DNA of 64,000 nucleotides from the NCBI RefSeq assembly GCF_964204645.1, contig NC_134035.1:496001-560000 (forward strand). The letters are read 5' to 3'. The number at the start of each line of letters is the position of its first letter. Within the stretch, counting starts at the first letter, position 1. Position numbers and translations under genes: made by a program. The notes beneath the pieces are model-generated. The model saw only the letters and a program-made list of their open reading frames with translations, was not told where the DNA came from and did no database searches. This document shows, in pieces, positions 24,101 through 38,476 of this stretch. The DNA is from Tubulanus polymorphus (taxonomy: Eukaryota; Animalia; Nemertea).

Positions 24101-27100
24101 ACTGAAGAAGTAAAACTGTGATAAATTTCAGTTGATGTCCACCACGTCCAGTATTCGTGATGAAGTTTACACCACAGCCCGACAGAGGAAAACCTGAAAA
24201 ATAAAATTGAAATCACATTAACAGGGAGACTGACTGCGAGAAGTTGGGGGAGGATGGGGTGAGAGGTTGGGGGAGGATCGGGTGAGAGGTTGAGGGAGGA
24301 TAGGGCGAGAGGTTGGGGACAATGGGATGATGAGGTTGGGTGAGGTTGAGGGAGGATGGGGTGAGAGGTTGAGGGAGGATGGGTGACAAGGGGAGCAAAA
24401 CAGTACAATTACTCTGACATAGTAGCCTAAAGGCTTCAGCAAAGGTTTTCAGCAGTTTTCAGTCCCCTGGTCACACTGGATTAACAGATTCTCGTTTTTC
24501 ACAAGAGCCCAGCCTGTGGCAGGGAGAAAGCCATTGTAACTAACTGGTCGAGTCAGGGCCTGGCCGGCCTCACTAGTGTGTCGTGACGTGTTTGCGAAGT
24601 CAATTGGAGTGAGGTCTCCCTGTGCGTCCCGGGCCCTGAGGACATAAAATATGATGAATTCTTATCATTTTACCCAATTCAAAAGTCGTACATTTAAAAT
24701 CATCGTGGCTTTAAAGTCTTTATCAATTGAGAGAATAGTTCACTGTAAATAAAGAATTAGCGATTGAATTGAGCCCGCTCCACAGTAAAAATAGTGCGAT
24801 CTAATCTTGACCATCTAGTGCTGCCCCTATGTATAACGATAGCGTGGAAAACGTGAACTAACATAATACTCGCTTGCCAGAGTCTTCGAACGGCCGTAGT
24901 GGACGAACTAATTACCGATTTGCGGGCCGGATTCCGAGGAAATTTCTCAAACTCTGAAAACTGCTCTGAAACGTCTCACCAAACAATTTTCCTATAAAAG
25001 AATAAGCCTTAAAAGAGTAAATTTGAATCGGGGTATTTCTAGTATGGTCTGGGAGAGAGCGACAGGTGTTTGTATGTTCCCTGATTATTTGCGCGCAATT
25101 AGAATATATCGAAGAAAAAATATGAACATTTTGTCAATTTTATCATTCAAAAATGTAAACGAATAAGTTATTCTGTATATAAATACTACATTCATTGATA
25201 GGTAAGTGAATTTTAGCTAAAAAGTATTAAATATGTTACCTAAAAAATTAGGAAATATCATACAAAATTCAGAACGTTTTCATAGTATCATATTCAATCA
25301 GAATTAGGCGCCACACTGGTCCGTATTGTACGTAATAAGGAAATTTAAATTCCGGCGGTAAATATGCACTACTATTTTAGTTCACAGAAATTCCGCTACC
25401 GTAATTCATAGGGGCAGCACTGTACGGTAGATATCTAACTCGGCCTCGCTATCTTACTGTGGAATGCGAGTAATAAATATATTTTTCTTAGCCGAATTTC
25501 GTTCAATGTTTAATACGATTCCATTGTATATGAATAATTCTACTATCGTTTAAGGTTTTTTGAAGGGGATCATCCTTTTAAAACGAATTTCAAACCATTT
25601 TTGATAGAACTCTTTTGTCAGCGGAATGTATTAGCATTCGGTAAAGCGATAGGCTCACATGCCAAAGGAAGAATTCTGAGCAAATTAAATTTTATTCTCT
25701 AAAATAGTGCATTCAACTACCACTAACACTGTAACCAGAAAAAATGCCATGTATTCTGATGGTGAAGAGTAAGAAGTGAATGGTGATAGCCCTCTGTCGG
25801 CTGAGAAATACTGTTACGCCAAACAGGAAAAAGGCTCGTGGCTCCAGTTAGTCGAGCGCGACGAGATATATTGTTTCAAATACTTGAACTTGAACTTGAA
25901 CTATATGCACCTCCAACGCCTTGCGCCTCCAACCTGAAAAATATGATGTAGTAATAGATGAAAACATTCGGTCATGAATTTGCAAGTCTTACTTGCAAAT
26001 TCATGAATTCAGTCGATTCTAAAAATTTGCTTAGGAAACGACTGTAGGAGAGTCTACAGTTATTGGGCAAGCGAAGCAGACACTTGCTCGAAATATGAAA
26101 AGTTCTCCCTTTAAAACTCCTTATATCCCGGTATGACCGGTCTGTAGGAACTGCCCGAATAAAATCAAAATCTTAAATGCGAAACTCTATGCAATTCAAC
26201 AAACAAAATACAAGAAATGAACATAATATAATTTATTTTCGATAATTAAAATTGATGAATACATATTCTCATAATTGTTTTGGAAACTTATAAGAAATTC
26301 TACTCGCACACTCACCAGCCCTTGTCTAGCAGTAATGGTAGTCCACCGAGTTCCACAAATCCACATACAGAGTTCCACACTGTATTTTTATGAGTATCAA
26401 TCCACTTATAGTCCGGTTAGTTGACTAAATAGTCCAGTTAGTTCACATATAGTCTGGTTAGTTCACAAATAGTCCAGTTAGTTCACTAATAGTCCGGTTA
26501 GCTGACTAGTAGTCCAGTTAGTTCACTAGTAGTCCGGAAGAAGTTGACTGAAGAAGTAAAACTGTGATAAATTTCAGTTGAAGTCCACCACGTCGAGTAC
26601 TACACCACAGCCCGACAGAGGAAAACCTGAAATATAAAATTGAAATCACATTAACAGGAAGACTGACTAAGAGGTTGTGGGAGGATTGGGTGAGAGGTTG
26701 GGGAGGATGGGGTGAGAGAGGATGGGGTGAGAGGTTGGGGAGGATGGGGTGAGAGGTTGAGGGAGTATGGGATGAGAGGTTGGGGGAGGATTGGGTGAGA
26801 GATTGGGGGAGGATGGGGTGAGAGGTTGAGGGAGGATGGGGTGAGAGGTTGGGGAGGATGGGGTGAGAGGTTGGGGAGGATGGGATGAGAGGTTGAGGGA
26901 GGATGGGGTGAGAGGTTGGGGAGGATGGGGTGAGAGGTTGAGGGAGGATGGGTGAAAAGAGAGCAAAACAGTACAATTACTCTGACATAGTAAAGGCTTA
27001 AACAAAAGTTTTCAGTCACACTGGATTAACAGATTCTCGTTTTACACAAGAGCCCGGAGGAAGTTGAAGAACAGTTCATCAAGATTTGTGAAACTATCCC

Positions 27101-30100
27101 CTGCACCATGTCCATGTGCAATGCAAGGGGCTAGGGTAGTGCGGCCCGTGTAGGCTAGAAAGTGGTTTTTGACACCGAGTGAGGTCCCTGTTAGTCTAGC
27201 ACCTAGCCGTCGTTCCCTAAACAACCCAGAACCCGTAGTAAAAACGACTGACTGATTCAGACTAAATTTGAGTAGGTCCCGGCCTCACTAGTCACTGACT
27301 GTCGAAGTGTCTGCAAATTCACTGTGCCTGGCGGGTCTGGAGTGAGTGAGGTCCCCCTCTAGTGTGTACCTGAGGACATGAAAATGAAACATCATGAATG
27401 AATTCTTATCTTTTTTACCAATATCATCATTCGTACATTTAGAATCATCGCGGCTTTAAAGTCTTTATCAATTGAGGGAATAGTTCACTGTTGTAAATAA
27501 AGAATTAGCGATCGAATTGAGCCCGCTCCACAGTAAAATAGCGCGACCTATTCAATCTCGACCGTCTAGTGCTGCCGCTATGTATAACGATAGCGTGGAA
27601 AATGTGAACTAACATAATACTCGCTTGCCAGAGTCTTCGAACGGCAGGAGTGGACGAACTAATTACCGATTTGCGGGCCGGATTCCGAGGAAAATTCTCA
27701 AACTCTGAAAACTGCTCTGAAACGTTCGAACCAAACAATTTTCTATAAAAGAATAAGCCTTAAAAGAGTTAAGATGAATCGGGGTATTTCTAGTATGGTC
27801 TGGGAGAGAGCGATAGGTGTTTGTAAGTTCCCTGTTTATTTGCGCGTAAATAGAATATATCGAAGAAGAAATATTGACATTTTGTCAATTCTGATGATAT
27901 ATTATCATTAAAAAATGAAAATGAATAATTTATTCTGTATACAAATACTATATTTATTGATAAGTAAGTGAATTTTAGCTAAAAAAAAATTAAATATGTT
28001 ACCTAAAAATAAGGAAATATCATACAAAATTCAGAACGTATTCATAGTATCATGTTTAATCAGAATTAGACGACACACTGGTCGGTATTGTACGTAATAA
28101 GGACATTTAAATTCCGGCGGTAAATATGCGCTACTATTTTAGTTCACAGAAATTCCGCTATCGTTATTCATAGGGGCAGCACTGTACGGTAAATATCTAA
28201 CTCAGCCTCGCTATCTTACTGTGGCATGCGAGCAATACAGATATTTTTCTTAGCCGAATTTCGTTGATTATCTAATACGATTCCATTGTATATGAATAAT
28301 TCGACTATCGTTTAAGGTTTTTAGAAGGGGATTCTCTTTTTAAAACGAATTTCAAACCGTTTGTGATAGAACTCTTTTGTCTGCGGAATGTATTAGCATC
28401 CAGTAAAGCGCTAAGCTCACATGCCAAAGGAAGAATTTCAAGCAAATTAAATTTTATTCTCTAAAATAGTGCATTCAACTACCACTATTCACTGTAACCA
28501 GAAATAATGCTCGGAAACTATTAAAGAAGAGTAAATTTGAAGTCAAGTTCTCCCAATATTTGTTCGTTTGTTTGTTTATCCTCCCGGTGAGTTCTAACAC
28601 TGCCAACACATATTTATCCAGTTCATCTGATCCTGATCATCAAACTCAAAAAGTCAATAATTCCATCCTAATGATGAGAAACATCCTAAAAGATATAAAT
28701 GAAACTTAATAGATTTGAGGCCACCAAACAGTTATACACAGTGTAAGAGTTAAGTCTAGTTACCGGTATATCAGAGAAATGGCAATCTAAGGTAGGCTAC
28801 TCCCCAAAATGAGTGTCAGGGGTCAAATATTTTTTGTCTCCGATTTTGATGAAATTCCGGTTAGACATGTATTCTGGGGTGCTGATCACAAATCTGAACG
28901 AATTTTTCGGATCTGAGGCCCAGAAAATGAGAAATTCGAATTATTGGGGGACCCCCCTAAATTTTCAAAAGGCCTTGGACCCCAGAGTTTTCGAGATATT
29001 CGAAATCTGATTGCAGATTTGGAATCAGCACCCCTGACAATATAAATGACTGAAATTTCAAGCAAATCGAAGAGATTCGATTTTTTGGCAAAAAATGGCA
29101 AAAATCTAAGGTGTTAGTCCAGGAGTTTTTTTTCGTCGAAAACTTTTTTTTCTCCGATTCCTTCGAAATTTGGTAGGAATATGTATTCTGAGGTGTAGAT
29201 TCCGGATCCGCAATCAGATTTTGAATCGGAATTCATCTTCATGGGCAAATAAGGGTTTTAATGCCCAAAATATGCACCCCAAAAATGGGGTACAAAGTCA
29301 AAATATTTTTTTGGCCCAATTTTAATAAAATTTAGTGCAGACATGTTTTTTGGGGTGCTGGTTACAAATATGAGGTAAGATTTAGGATCCGAGGCTCCTA
29401 AAATGAGATATTCAGGATTTTGTGTTTTGACCCCCTTAATTTCGTCACAAATTTTGATGAAATTCGCCCGCGAAATTCGGTCCAAAAACGATTTTTATTC
29501 AATGATGTCAAATATTCAATTAATTTTTAATATTCAATTAATTTTTAAGGTAGAAATTGATGCTCTTACTAAAAACCCTGAATTATAATTCCTGCAACAT
29601 AATTACAGGCTGCTTCAAATAACCGCATTGACAATTCTTATGAAATGTAGTGAACAGTGTTTACAGATAAACTGCTTTCTCATAATTGTTTGGGAAACTT
29701 TTAAGAAATTCTACTCACACTCACCAGCCCTTGTCTAGCAGTAATGGTAGTCCACCGAGTCCCACAAATCCACAGAGTTCAACACCTCCTGAAGTCCACC
29801 ACTGACTGTTTTTTATGAGTATCAATCTAAATGGTCCTAAATGGACTAAATGGTCCGGTTAGTTCACATATAGTCTGGTTAGTTCACTAGTAGTCCGGAA
29901 GAAGTAAAACTGTGATAAATTTCAGTTGAAGTCCACCACATCCAGTATTCGTGATGAAGTTTACACCACAGCCCGACAGAGGAAAACCTGAAATACTAAA
30001 ATTGAAATCACATTAACAGGGAGACTGACTGAGAGGTCGGGGGAGGATGGGATGAGAGGTTGAGGGAGGATAGGGCGAGAGGTTGGGGACAATGGGATGA

Positions 30101-33100
30101 TGAGGTTGGGTGAGGTTGAGGGAGGATGGGGTGAGAGGTTGAGGGAGGATGGGTGAAAAGGGGAGCAAAACAGTACAATAACTCTGACATAGTAGCCTAA
30201 AGGCTTCAGCAAAGGTTTTCAGCAGTTTTCAGTCCCCTGGTCACACTGGTTTAACAGATTCTCGTTTTTCACAAGAGCCCAGCCTGTGGCAGGGAGAAAG
30301 CCATTGTAACTAACTGGTCGAGTCAGGGCCTGACTAGTGTGTCGTGACGTGTTTGCGGTGGAGTGAGGTCTCCCTGTGCGTCCCCGGGGCCCTGAGGACA
30401 TAAAATATGATGAATTCTTATCATTTTACCCAATTCAAAAGTCGTACATTTAAAATCATCGTGGCTTTAAAGTCTTTATCAATTGAGGGAATAGTTCACT
30501 GTAAATAAAGAATTAGCGATTGAATTGAGCCCGCTCCACAGTAAAAATAGTGCGATCTAATCTTGACCATCTAGTGCTGCCCCTATGTATAACGATAGCG
30601 TGGAAAACGTGAACTAACATAATACTCGCTTGCCAGAGTCTTCGAACGGCAGGAGTGGACGAACTAATTACCGATTGGCGGGCCGGATTCCGAGGAAATT
30701 TCTCAAACTCTGAAAACTGCTCTGAAACGTCTGGCCAAACAATTTTTCTATGAAAGAATAAGCCTTGAAAGAGTACTTTTGAATCGGGGTATTTCTAGTA
30801 TGGTCTGGGAGAGAGCGACAGGTGTTTGTATGTTCCCTGTTTATTTGCGCGCAAATAGAATATATCGAAGAAAAAATATGGACATTTTGTCAATTTTATC
30901 ATTCAAAAATGTAAACGAATAAGTTATTCTGTATATAAATACTACATTAATTGATAGGTAAGTGAATTTTAGCTAAAAAGAATTAAATATGTTACCTAAA
31001 AAATTAGGAAATATCATACAAAATTCAGAACGTTTTCATAGTATCATATTCAATCAGAATTAGGCGCCACACTGGTCCGTATTGTACGTAATAAGGAAAT
31101 TTAAATTCCGGCGGTAAATATGCGCTACTATTTTAGTTCACAGAAATTCCGCTACCGTAATTCATAGGGGCAGCACTGTACGGTAGATATCTAACTCGGC
31201 CTCGCTATCTTACTGTGGAATGCGAGTAATAAAGATATTTTTCTTAGCCGAATTTCGTTCAATGTTTAATACGATTCCATTGTATATGAATAATTCTACT
31301 GTCGTTTAAGGTTTTTTGAAGGGGATCATCCTTTTAAAACGAATTTCAAACCATTTTTGATAGAACTCTTTTGTCAGCGGAATGTATTAGCATCCGGTAA
31401 AGCGATAGGCTCACATGCCAAAGGAAGAATTCTGAGCAAATTAAATTTTATTCTCTAAAATAGTGCATTCAACTACCACTAACACTGTAACCAGAAAAAA
31501 TGCCATGTATTCTGATGGTGAAGAGTAAGAAGTGAATGGTGATAGCCCTCTGTCGGCTGAGAAATACTGTTACGCCAAACAGGAAAAAGGCTCGTGGCTC
31601 CAGTTAGTCGAGCGAGACGAGATATATTGTTTCAAATACTTGAACTTGAACTTGAACTATATGCACCTCCAACGCCTTGCGCCTCCAACCTGAAAAATAT
31701 GATGTAGTAATAGATGAAAACATTCGGTCATGAATTTGCAAGTCTTACTTGCAAATTCATGAATTCAGTCGATTCTAAAAATTTGCTTACGAAACGACTG
31801 TAGGAGAGTCTACAGTTATTGGGCAAGCGAAGCAGACACTTGCTCGAAATATGAAAAGTTCTCCCTTTAAAACTCCTTATATCCCGGTATGACCGGTCTG
31901 TAATAACTGCCCGAATAAAATCAAAATCTTAAATGCAAAACTCTATGCGATTCAACAAACAAAATAGCCTACAAGAAATGAACATAATATAATTTATTTT
32001 CGATAATTAAAATTGATGAATACATATTCTCATAATTGTTTTGGAAACTTATAAGAAATTCTACTCGCACACTCACCAGCCCTTGTCTAGCAGTAATGGT
32101 AGTCCACCGAGTTCCACAAATCCACATACAGAGTTCCACACTGTATTTTTATGAGTATCAATCCACTTATAGTCCGGTTAGTTGACTAAATAGTCTGGTT
32201 AGTTCACAAATAGTCCAGTTAGTTCACTAATAGTCCGGTTAGCTGACTAGTAGTCCAGTTAGTTCACTAGTAGTCCGGAAGAAGTTGACTGAAGAAGTAA
32301 AACTGTGATAAATTTCAGTTGAAGTCCACCACGTCGAGTACTACACCACAGCCCGACAGAGGAAAACCTGAAATATAAAATTGAAATCACATTAACAGGA
32401 AGACTGACTAAGAGGTTGTGGGAGGATTGGGTGAGAGGTTGGGGAGGATGGGGTGAGAGGTTGAGGGAGGATGGGGTGAGAGGTTGGGGAGGATGGGGTG
32501 AGAGGTTGAGGGAGTATGGGATGAGAGGTTGGGGGAGGATTGGGTGAGAGGTTGGGGGAGGATGGGGTGAGAGGTTGAGGGAGGATGGGGTGAGAGGTTG
32601 GGGAGGATGGGGTGAGAGGTTGGGGAGGATGGGATGAGAGGTTGAGGGAGGATGGGGTGAGAGGTTGGGGAGGATGGGGTGAGAGGTTGAGGGAGGATGG
32701 GTGAAAAGAGAGCAAAACAGTACAATTACTCTGACATAGTAAAGGCTTAAACAAAAGTTTTCAGTCACACTGGATTAACAGATTCTCGTTTTACACAAGA
32801 GCCCGGAGGAAGTTGAAGAACAGTTCATCAAGATTTGTGAAACTATCCCCTGCACCATGTCCATGTGCAATGCAAGCGGCTAGGGTAGTGCGGCCCGTGT
32901 AGGCTAGAAAGTGGTTTTTGACACCGAGTGAGGTCCCTGTTAGTCTAGCACCTAGCCGTCGTTCCCTAAACAACCCAGAACCCGTAGTAAAAACGACTGA
33001 CTGATTCAGACTAAATTTGAGTAGGTCCCGGCCTCACTAGTCACTGACTGTCGAAGTGTCTGCAAAGTCACTGTGCCTGGCGGGTCTGGAGGAGTGAGTG

Positions 33101-34999
33101 AGGTCCCCCTCTAGTGTGTACCTGAGGACATGAAAATGAAACATCATGAATGAATTCTTATCTTTTTTACCAATATCAAAATTCGTACATTTAGAATCAT
33201 CGCGGCTTTAAAGTCTTTATCAATTGAGGGAATAGTTCACTGTTGTAAATAAAGAATTAGCGATCGAATTGAGCCCGCTCCACAGTAAAATAGCGCGATT
33301 AATTCAATCTCGACCGTCTAGTGCTGCCGCTATGTATAACGATAGCGTGGAAAATGTGAACTAACATAATACTCGCTTGCCAGAGTCTTCGAACGGCAGG
33401 AGTGGACGAACTAATTACCGATTTGCGGGCCGGATTCCGAGGAAAATTCTCAAACTCTGAAAACTGCCCTGAAACGTTCGAACCAAACAATTTTCTATAA
33501 AAGAATAAGCCTTAAAAGAGTTAAGATGAATCGGGGTATTTCTAGTATGGTCTGGGAGAGAGCGATAGGTGTTTGTATGTTCCCTGTTTATTTGCGCGCA
33601 AATAGACTTTATCGAAGAAAAAATATGGACATTTTGTCAATTCAGATGATAAACTATCATTCAAAAATGTAAATGAATACTTTATTCTGTATATAAATAC
33701 TATATTAATTGATAAGTAAGTGAATTTTAGCTAAAAAGAATTAAATATGTTACCTAAAAAATAAGGAAATATTATACAAAATTCAGAAAGTATTCATGGT
33801 ATCATATTTAATCAGAATTAGACGACACACTGGTCTGTATTGTATGTAATAAGGACACTTAAATTCCGGCGGTAAATATGCGCTTCTATTTTAGTTCACA
33901 GAAATTCCGCTATCGTTACTCATTGGGGCAGCACTGTACGGTAGATATCTTACCCAGCCTCGCTATCTTACTATGGCATGCGAGCGATACATACATTTTT
34001 CTTAGCCGAATTTCGTTGATTATCTAATACGATTCCATTGTATATGAATAATTCTACTATCGCGTAAGGTTTTTTGAAGGGGATCATCTTTTTAAAATGA
34101 TTTTCAAACCATTTTTGATAGAACTCTTTTGTCTGCGGAATGTATTAGCATCCGGTAAAGCGGTAGGCTCACATGCCAAAGGAAGAATTTCAAGCAAATT
34201 AAATTTTATTCTCTTAAATAGCGCATTCAACTACCACTAACACTGTAACCAGAAAAAATGCTCTGAAACTATTAAAGAAACAATTTTCCACGAAAGAATT
34301 AGGCGTAGATTTATACTGTTAAGAGTAGATTTGAACCGGGGATATTCCTAGTTTCGCTGGGAGAGAACGACTAGTTCAAACACAACCAATCGGTAAGTGT
34401 CACATATCTAGTCCTCGTGGACATAAAGTTCACTATAAGTGAAGTCAAGTTCTCCCAATATTTGTTCGTTTGTTTGTTTATCCTCCCGGTTAGTTCTAAC
34501 GCTGTCCACACATATTTATCCAGTTCAGCTGATGTATTCCTGATCATCAAACACAAAAGTCAATAATTCCTGATGACAAACATCCTAAAAATATACATGA
34601 CACTCAATAGATTTGAGGCCACCAATCAAACATACACAGTTAAAGTTAAGTCTAATTACCGTTGTATCAGAGAAATGGCAATCTCAGGTAGGCTACTCCA
34701 CAAAATGAGTGTCAGGGGTCAAATATTTATACAATAGATTTTTTTTTTGTAACCGAAGTCCTATCATTAAACGAATTTGAATGAACTTTTTGGTAACCAA
34801 TGCGAGGTTGTCGATTTAGATTGGGGATTGTAAAACCTCGGGTTGTTTTCAACTCACCCATTATCTGAAGTTCGTTTTGCTCTGGTTAGTTACTGTATGA
34901 ATACCATCAGTCATCCATCTTTTGAGTTACCGGCTGCAAAGGCGCCACCCCTAAAATGGAATGCACATTAATTTCATAACATAAATATTTCTTTTTCAG

Positions 35000-35200
35000 A
35001 AGTCTATAAACCTATGTTAGGCGGATATGATTTGCAGAAGAATTCCGGCCCAATGCGCGGCCCGTGGGTGTGGCGATCAGACAATCCTACACTGGGTAGA
35101 CGAGCAACCGAGCTTTCTACACGAACGCTGTATTCAGTGGTACATCGATAAAGATATATTTAATTATATTCCTTGCAAAAGTCACTTGATAATTATTGTA
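35000..35200 (+). pseudogene. Decayed copy of the last exon of the C-type lectin gene
   Basis: After TTTTTCAG it reads ..MLGGYDLQKNSGPMRGPWVWRSD, then a deletion/frameshift, then ..EQPSFLHERCIQWYIDKD. Paralogous to 37719-37951. Confidence 0.8.
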
Positions 35201-35309
35201 GTGAATATACTGATACTAAATCTATATTATACCTTCTAGGTCGAAATATTTTGTGGACCCTTTGTTTGGATGCTACAATGAATTATTTAAACAATTCTTA
35301 TATTTCATT

Positions 35310-36063
35310 TCTTTCGTCAGTTACGTTTTTAACGTTTATCATAACATCAAATTCTGTTATAATAATTCAATTATTCAGGGGTTCGAAAATGGTTTCGACC
35401 GATAAGAAAACTACCAAATCAAAACGTACAACAATAATGCTTGTAACAGTTTCACTAGCATTTGCAATTTCTACACTACCATCAGCTATTAACGGAATCT
35501 TACCAATCTCCGCTGAGCAGAGAGATTTGCTATATGATATTCACTCCATGTTTGTAACTATTCTATAAATTGTGTATTAAGAAAAAATGTGTATTACCGA
35601 ATCATTCAGTATAAACGGTTTGAAAGCGGCTTATAGTCATAGAAGTGATCTAAGTTGCGCTGGAGGTCGTATTTAAATAGGTGTCATCTGCAGTATAGTT
35701 TACTAATAGATTCATAAAGATGTGGATAATCCGACATCTTTGTCGTCACTAAATCTATTTACTGTTTCAGCCTCAAACTCATGCTTCTTTTTTATTCCAT
35801 CGAGCAAGAAAAGAAGTTAGTTTTTTTCTAAATGAGCAGATTCACTCAAATCAGAAAATGAACAGCGTTTAATCTGATAGACTTACCACATTCAGCAGAT
35901 CGTTCAGCAGCCATTTTTAACTTGTGTTTTTCATCACCACTTTCGACTGATAACTTCTCTGTATCTTCAGCATATTGGTAACTGTCGAGAGAGTCAGGGA
36001 ATTTAGCTTACTCTTTTATTGGGACGAGAAATTCGTGAATATTTCTGTACAAAAATCCGATAA
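35310..36063 (+). pseudogene. Fragmented GPCR pseudogene (TM5-TM7 and helix 8), inverted relative to the GPCR at 39526-40482
   Basis: SNSVIIIQLFRGSKMVSTDKKTTKSKRTTIMLVTVSLAFAISTLPS matches the intact gene. After a ~440-bp interruption, LLLGREIREYFCTKIR* resumes at ~36013-36063. Confidence 0.85.
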
Positions 36064-36416
36064 AATAGCTTATTCTCTTCACAGCGCAAACATACGCTTG
36101 GTCATCAATAGCTTTTTCTAGTATTGTATTTTCGTGTATGTCACCATCTCACTCAGACTGATTACAAACTGCATTAATACGTAATGTAAAAAACCCATTC
36201 AATTCGCACAAATCAATTATTCACAAAGTCATTGCATCAATAAACAGGCGATGTTTCTATTTGTAATGACATGCGCATTATGATCAAATAACTCAGCAGC
36301 TAAAGACTCATATATAGCTGTATCTGTAAAAGGATACGCCGGAGGAACTGGAATCTGTAACTTGTGATAGTTCAATTGCTTAGAAGTATTTGAGCATAGC
36401 GTATTTTCTGCACGAC

Positions 36417-37951
36417 ATGTTCGCTAAATTCATCCAGTTTATTTGTCTGATAGTCGGCGTCGCGTCCGAGTTTCAACAGTTCTATACGATGACGGTCGAC
36501 GCGTCTACAAAACCGTACAAGTCGACAGTCGGCTCGCGCGGTGAATGCGCGCTGCGTTGTTTGAGCGAAGGGTCGAATTGTCGGGGTTTCGGCGTCGAAT
36601 CCACGAAATCTCACGGCGTCGACGAATGTTACTTGTTCGACAACGAGCTGGTGAAATACAGAACATCAGGAGAAACGAAACTTGTCATGTACAAACACGA
36701 TAAAGGTATTTTTTCGAGAGAACTTACAACGTTTTTTGAATTCATAAGGCAATAAATGATTCCAGCTCTTAAGAAGGTTGTAGGTCACACTTACATTAAA
36801 ACGATCTACTGTGAAGATCGATGGTGCATTAGGACATTCTCGTCTCCGGCGATGTCCGACTTTACTTAACCACAGTTTTTATCGAATTTTGATCAGTAGC
36901 AAAATAAGATGAATCCTTTTTTTACATATACGCATAAATTATGCTAATTAGACTATATTTCAAACTTTCTTTGTGAGAATATCAGATCGGTTCTATAGCG
37001 AAAAGCGCCGAATTCGAATGTAAATTAGGTAAATTATGATATGCACATTTAAAATTGTGATGTGTATTCATTTGTTTGTAGAACACGCATCTTGTAGATT
37101 TGGATTTTTCGTTGCTAATGGAATTTGCTATTACGTATTTCGATGGAACAGTAACGCTTATAAAAGTGCAATCGCCACAGACGCGACAAGTTTCTGTACC
37201 TATTACGGTTGGATCCTTGCCGAACCCCGCACTTCACAATCGAGGGCTGCCTTAAGGAAATATCTCATCGACAATAACGGTATGTCTAACTTCATACTCA
37301 AATGCGATGTAATCTATGAAGCCTTGAAAGAATAAGCCCAAATCTTAATGGGGCCTTTTGGTAATAGATTGTATAATCCGAAATTCCGTTTAAAATATGC
37401 GTGGATTACGGAACTAATTGGATCTTTCATTCCATCCGTGAATATAAATAAACACACGACACTACACTCGAAATAATCAAATTATCATCGGTTTTCGATA
37501 AATTCTGTTTTCATAAAAGAATCATAGAATCCATGAGTCAATTTCGTAACTATAACATAAAATCTCGCAATACAAATGAAAATTAAATATCAGAATCAGA
37601 AAGGTTTCCTGAATTTGTTTAGAAATCGGATTAGAAGTGCCTCTTCAAAGTTTTCACTATTTGTTAGTTTTCCATCTCTCATACTGCTGGCTCCAAGAAG
37701 GGTTTCTTTTCTTTTCAGATGTTGTTTTTAAAGTTATGTTAGGTGGATATGATTTGCAGACGAATTCCGGACCAATGCGCGGCCCGTGGGTGTGGATATC
37801 AGATAATAGCACTATCGCAATCCTAAACTGGGAACACGAGCAACCGAGCTATCCATACGAACGCTGTGTTCAGTGGTACATCGATACAGATAGATATAAT
37901 GATGTTCGTTGCAAAAATAACTTTGACTTCATATGTCAGTACAACCCGTGA
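36417..37951 (+). CDS. Secreted PAN/Apple-domain + C-type lectin protein, 3 exons (36417-36705, 37082-37279, 37719-37951), ~239 aa
   Basis: Signal peptide MFAKFIQFICLIVGVA. Apple-like ECALRC..NCRGF..CYLF. CTLD motifs GICYY, A..FC....LAEP, WVW, NW..EQPS..ERC, YND..C...FICQ. GT-AG sites keep frame. Confidence 0.85.
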
Positions 37952-38476
37952 AAAACACGGAAACCCAGTTTCATTCAGTAACACTTCATCATTAAAGTTA
38001 CCGTTGGATTAACCGAAGATGCGCTAAACGCCAAGTGACAATTACTCAAAATTGATTGAATAATTAATATGTTCAGCGATTTATAGCATTTTACAAATTT
38101 TTCCTATTTGGACAAGAATAACAAAACTAATAGTAACAATAGGTAATATGATGATTACCTCGAAACATTAAAAACATCGCAGGCCGTTCCGACGAGTTGA
38201 TCGGGTGTTTTAGCAGCCAACAGCTCGATAACTTGATCATCATAATTCATCCGCAATTTTCAACTCAAAAATGGTCGAAATTGAACACTAACATCTCATT
38301 ATACTTGCTACGCGCACATTTTTCTTTTTAACTGACTCGGCTTCAAAACACCAGAATGCACAATTTATGGTAAATTCAATTTCGTTAAAAGCTTCGAACA
38401 ACTGTAACGTACATGGAAAACGTGCGTGAAACTATTCAATAATTCTCGATGAAATAGAGTAGGTCTCCATCGGCTT

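Larger units (their letters stand above)
19115..34728. repeat. ~15.6-kb higher-order tandem array (period ~5.76-5.8 kb) built from five related 1.9-2.5-kb subunits
   Basis: Anchor GAAGTCAAGTTCTCCC at ~19154, 22749, 28539 and 34441. Anchor TTCTCATAATTG at ~20266, 23864, 26266, 29677 and 32027. Near-identical blocks 22713-28503 and 28504-34260. Confidence 0.93.
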
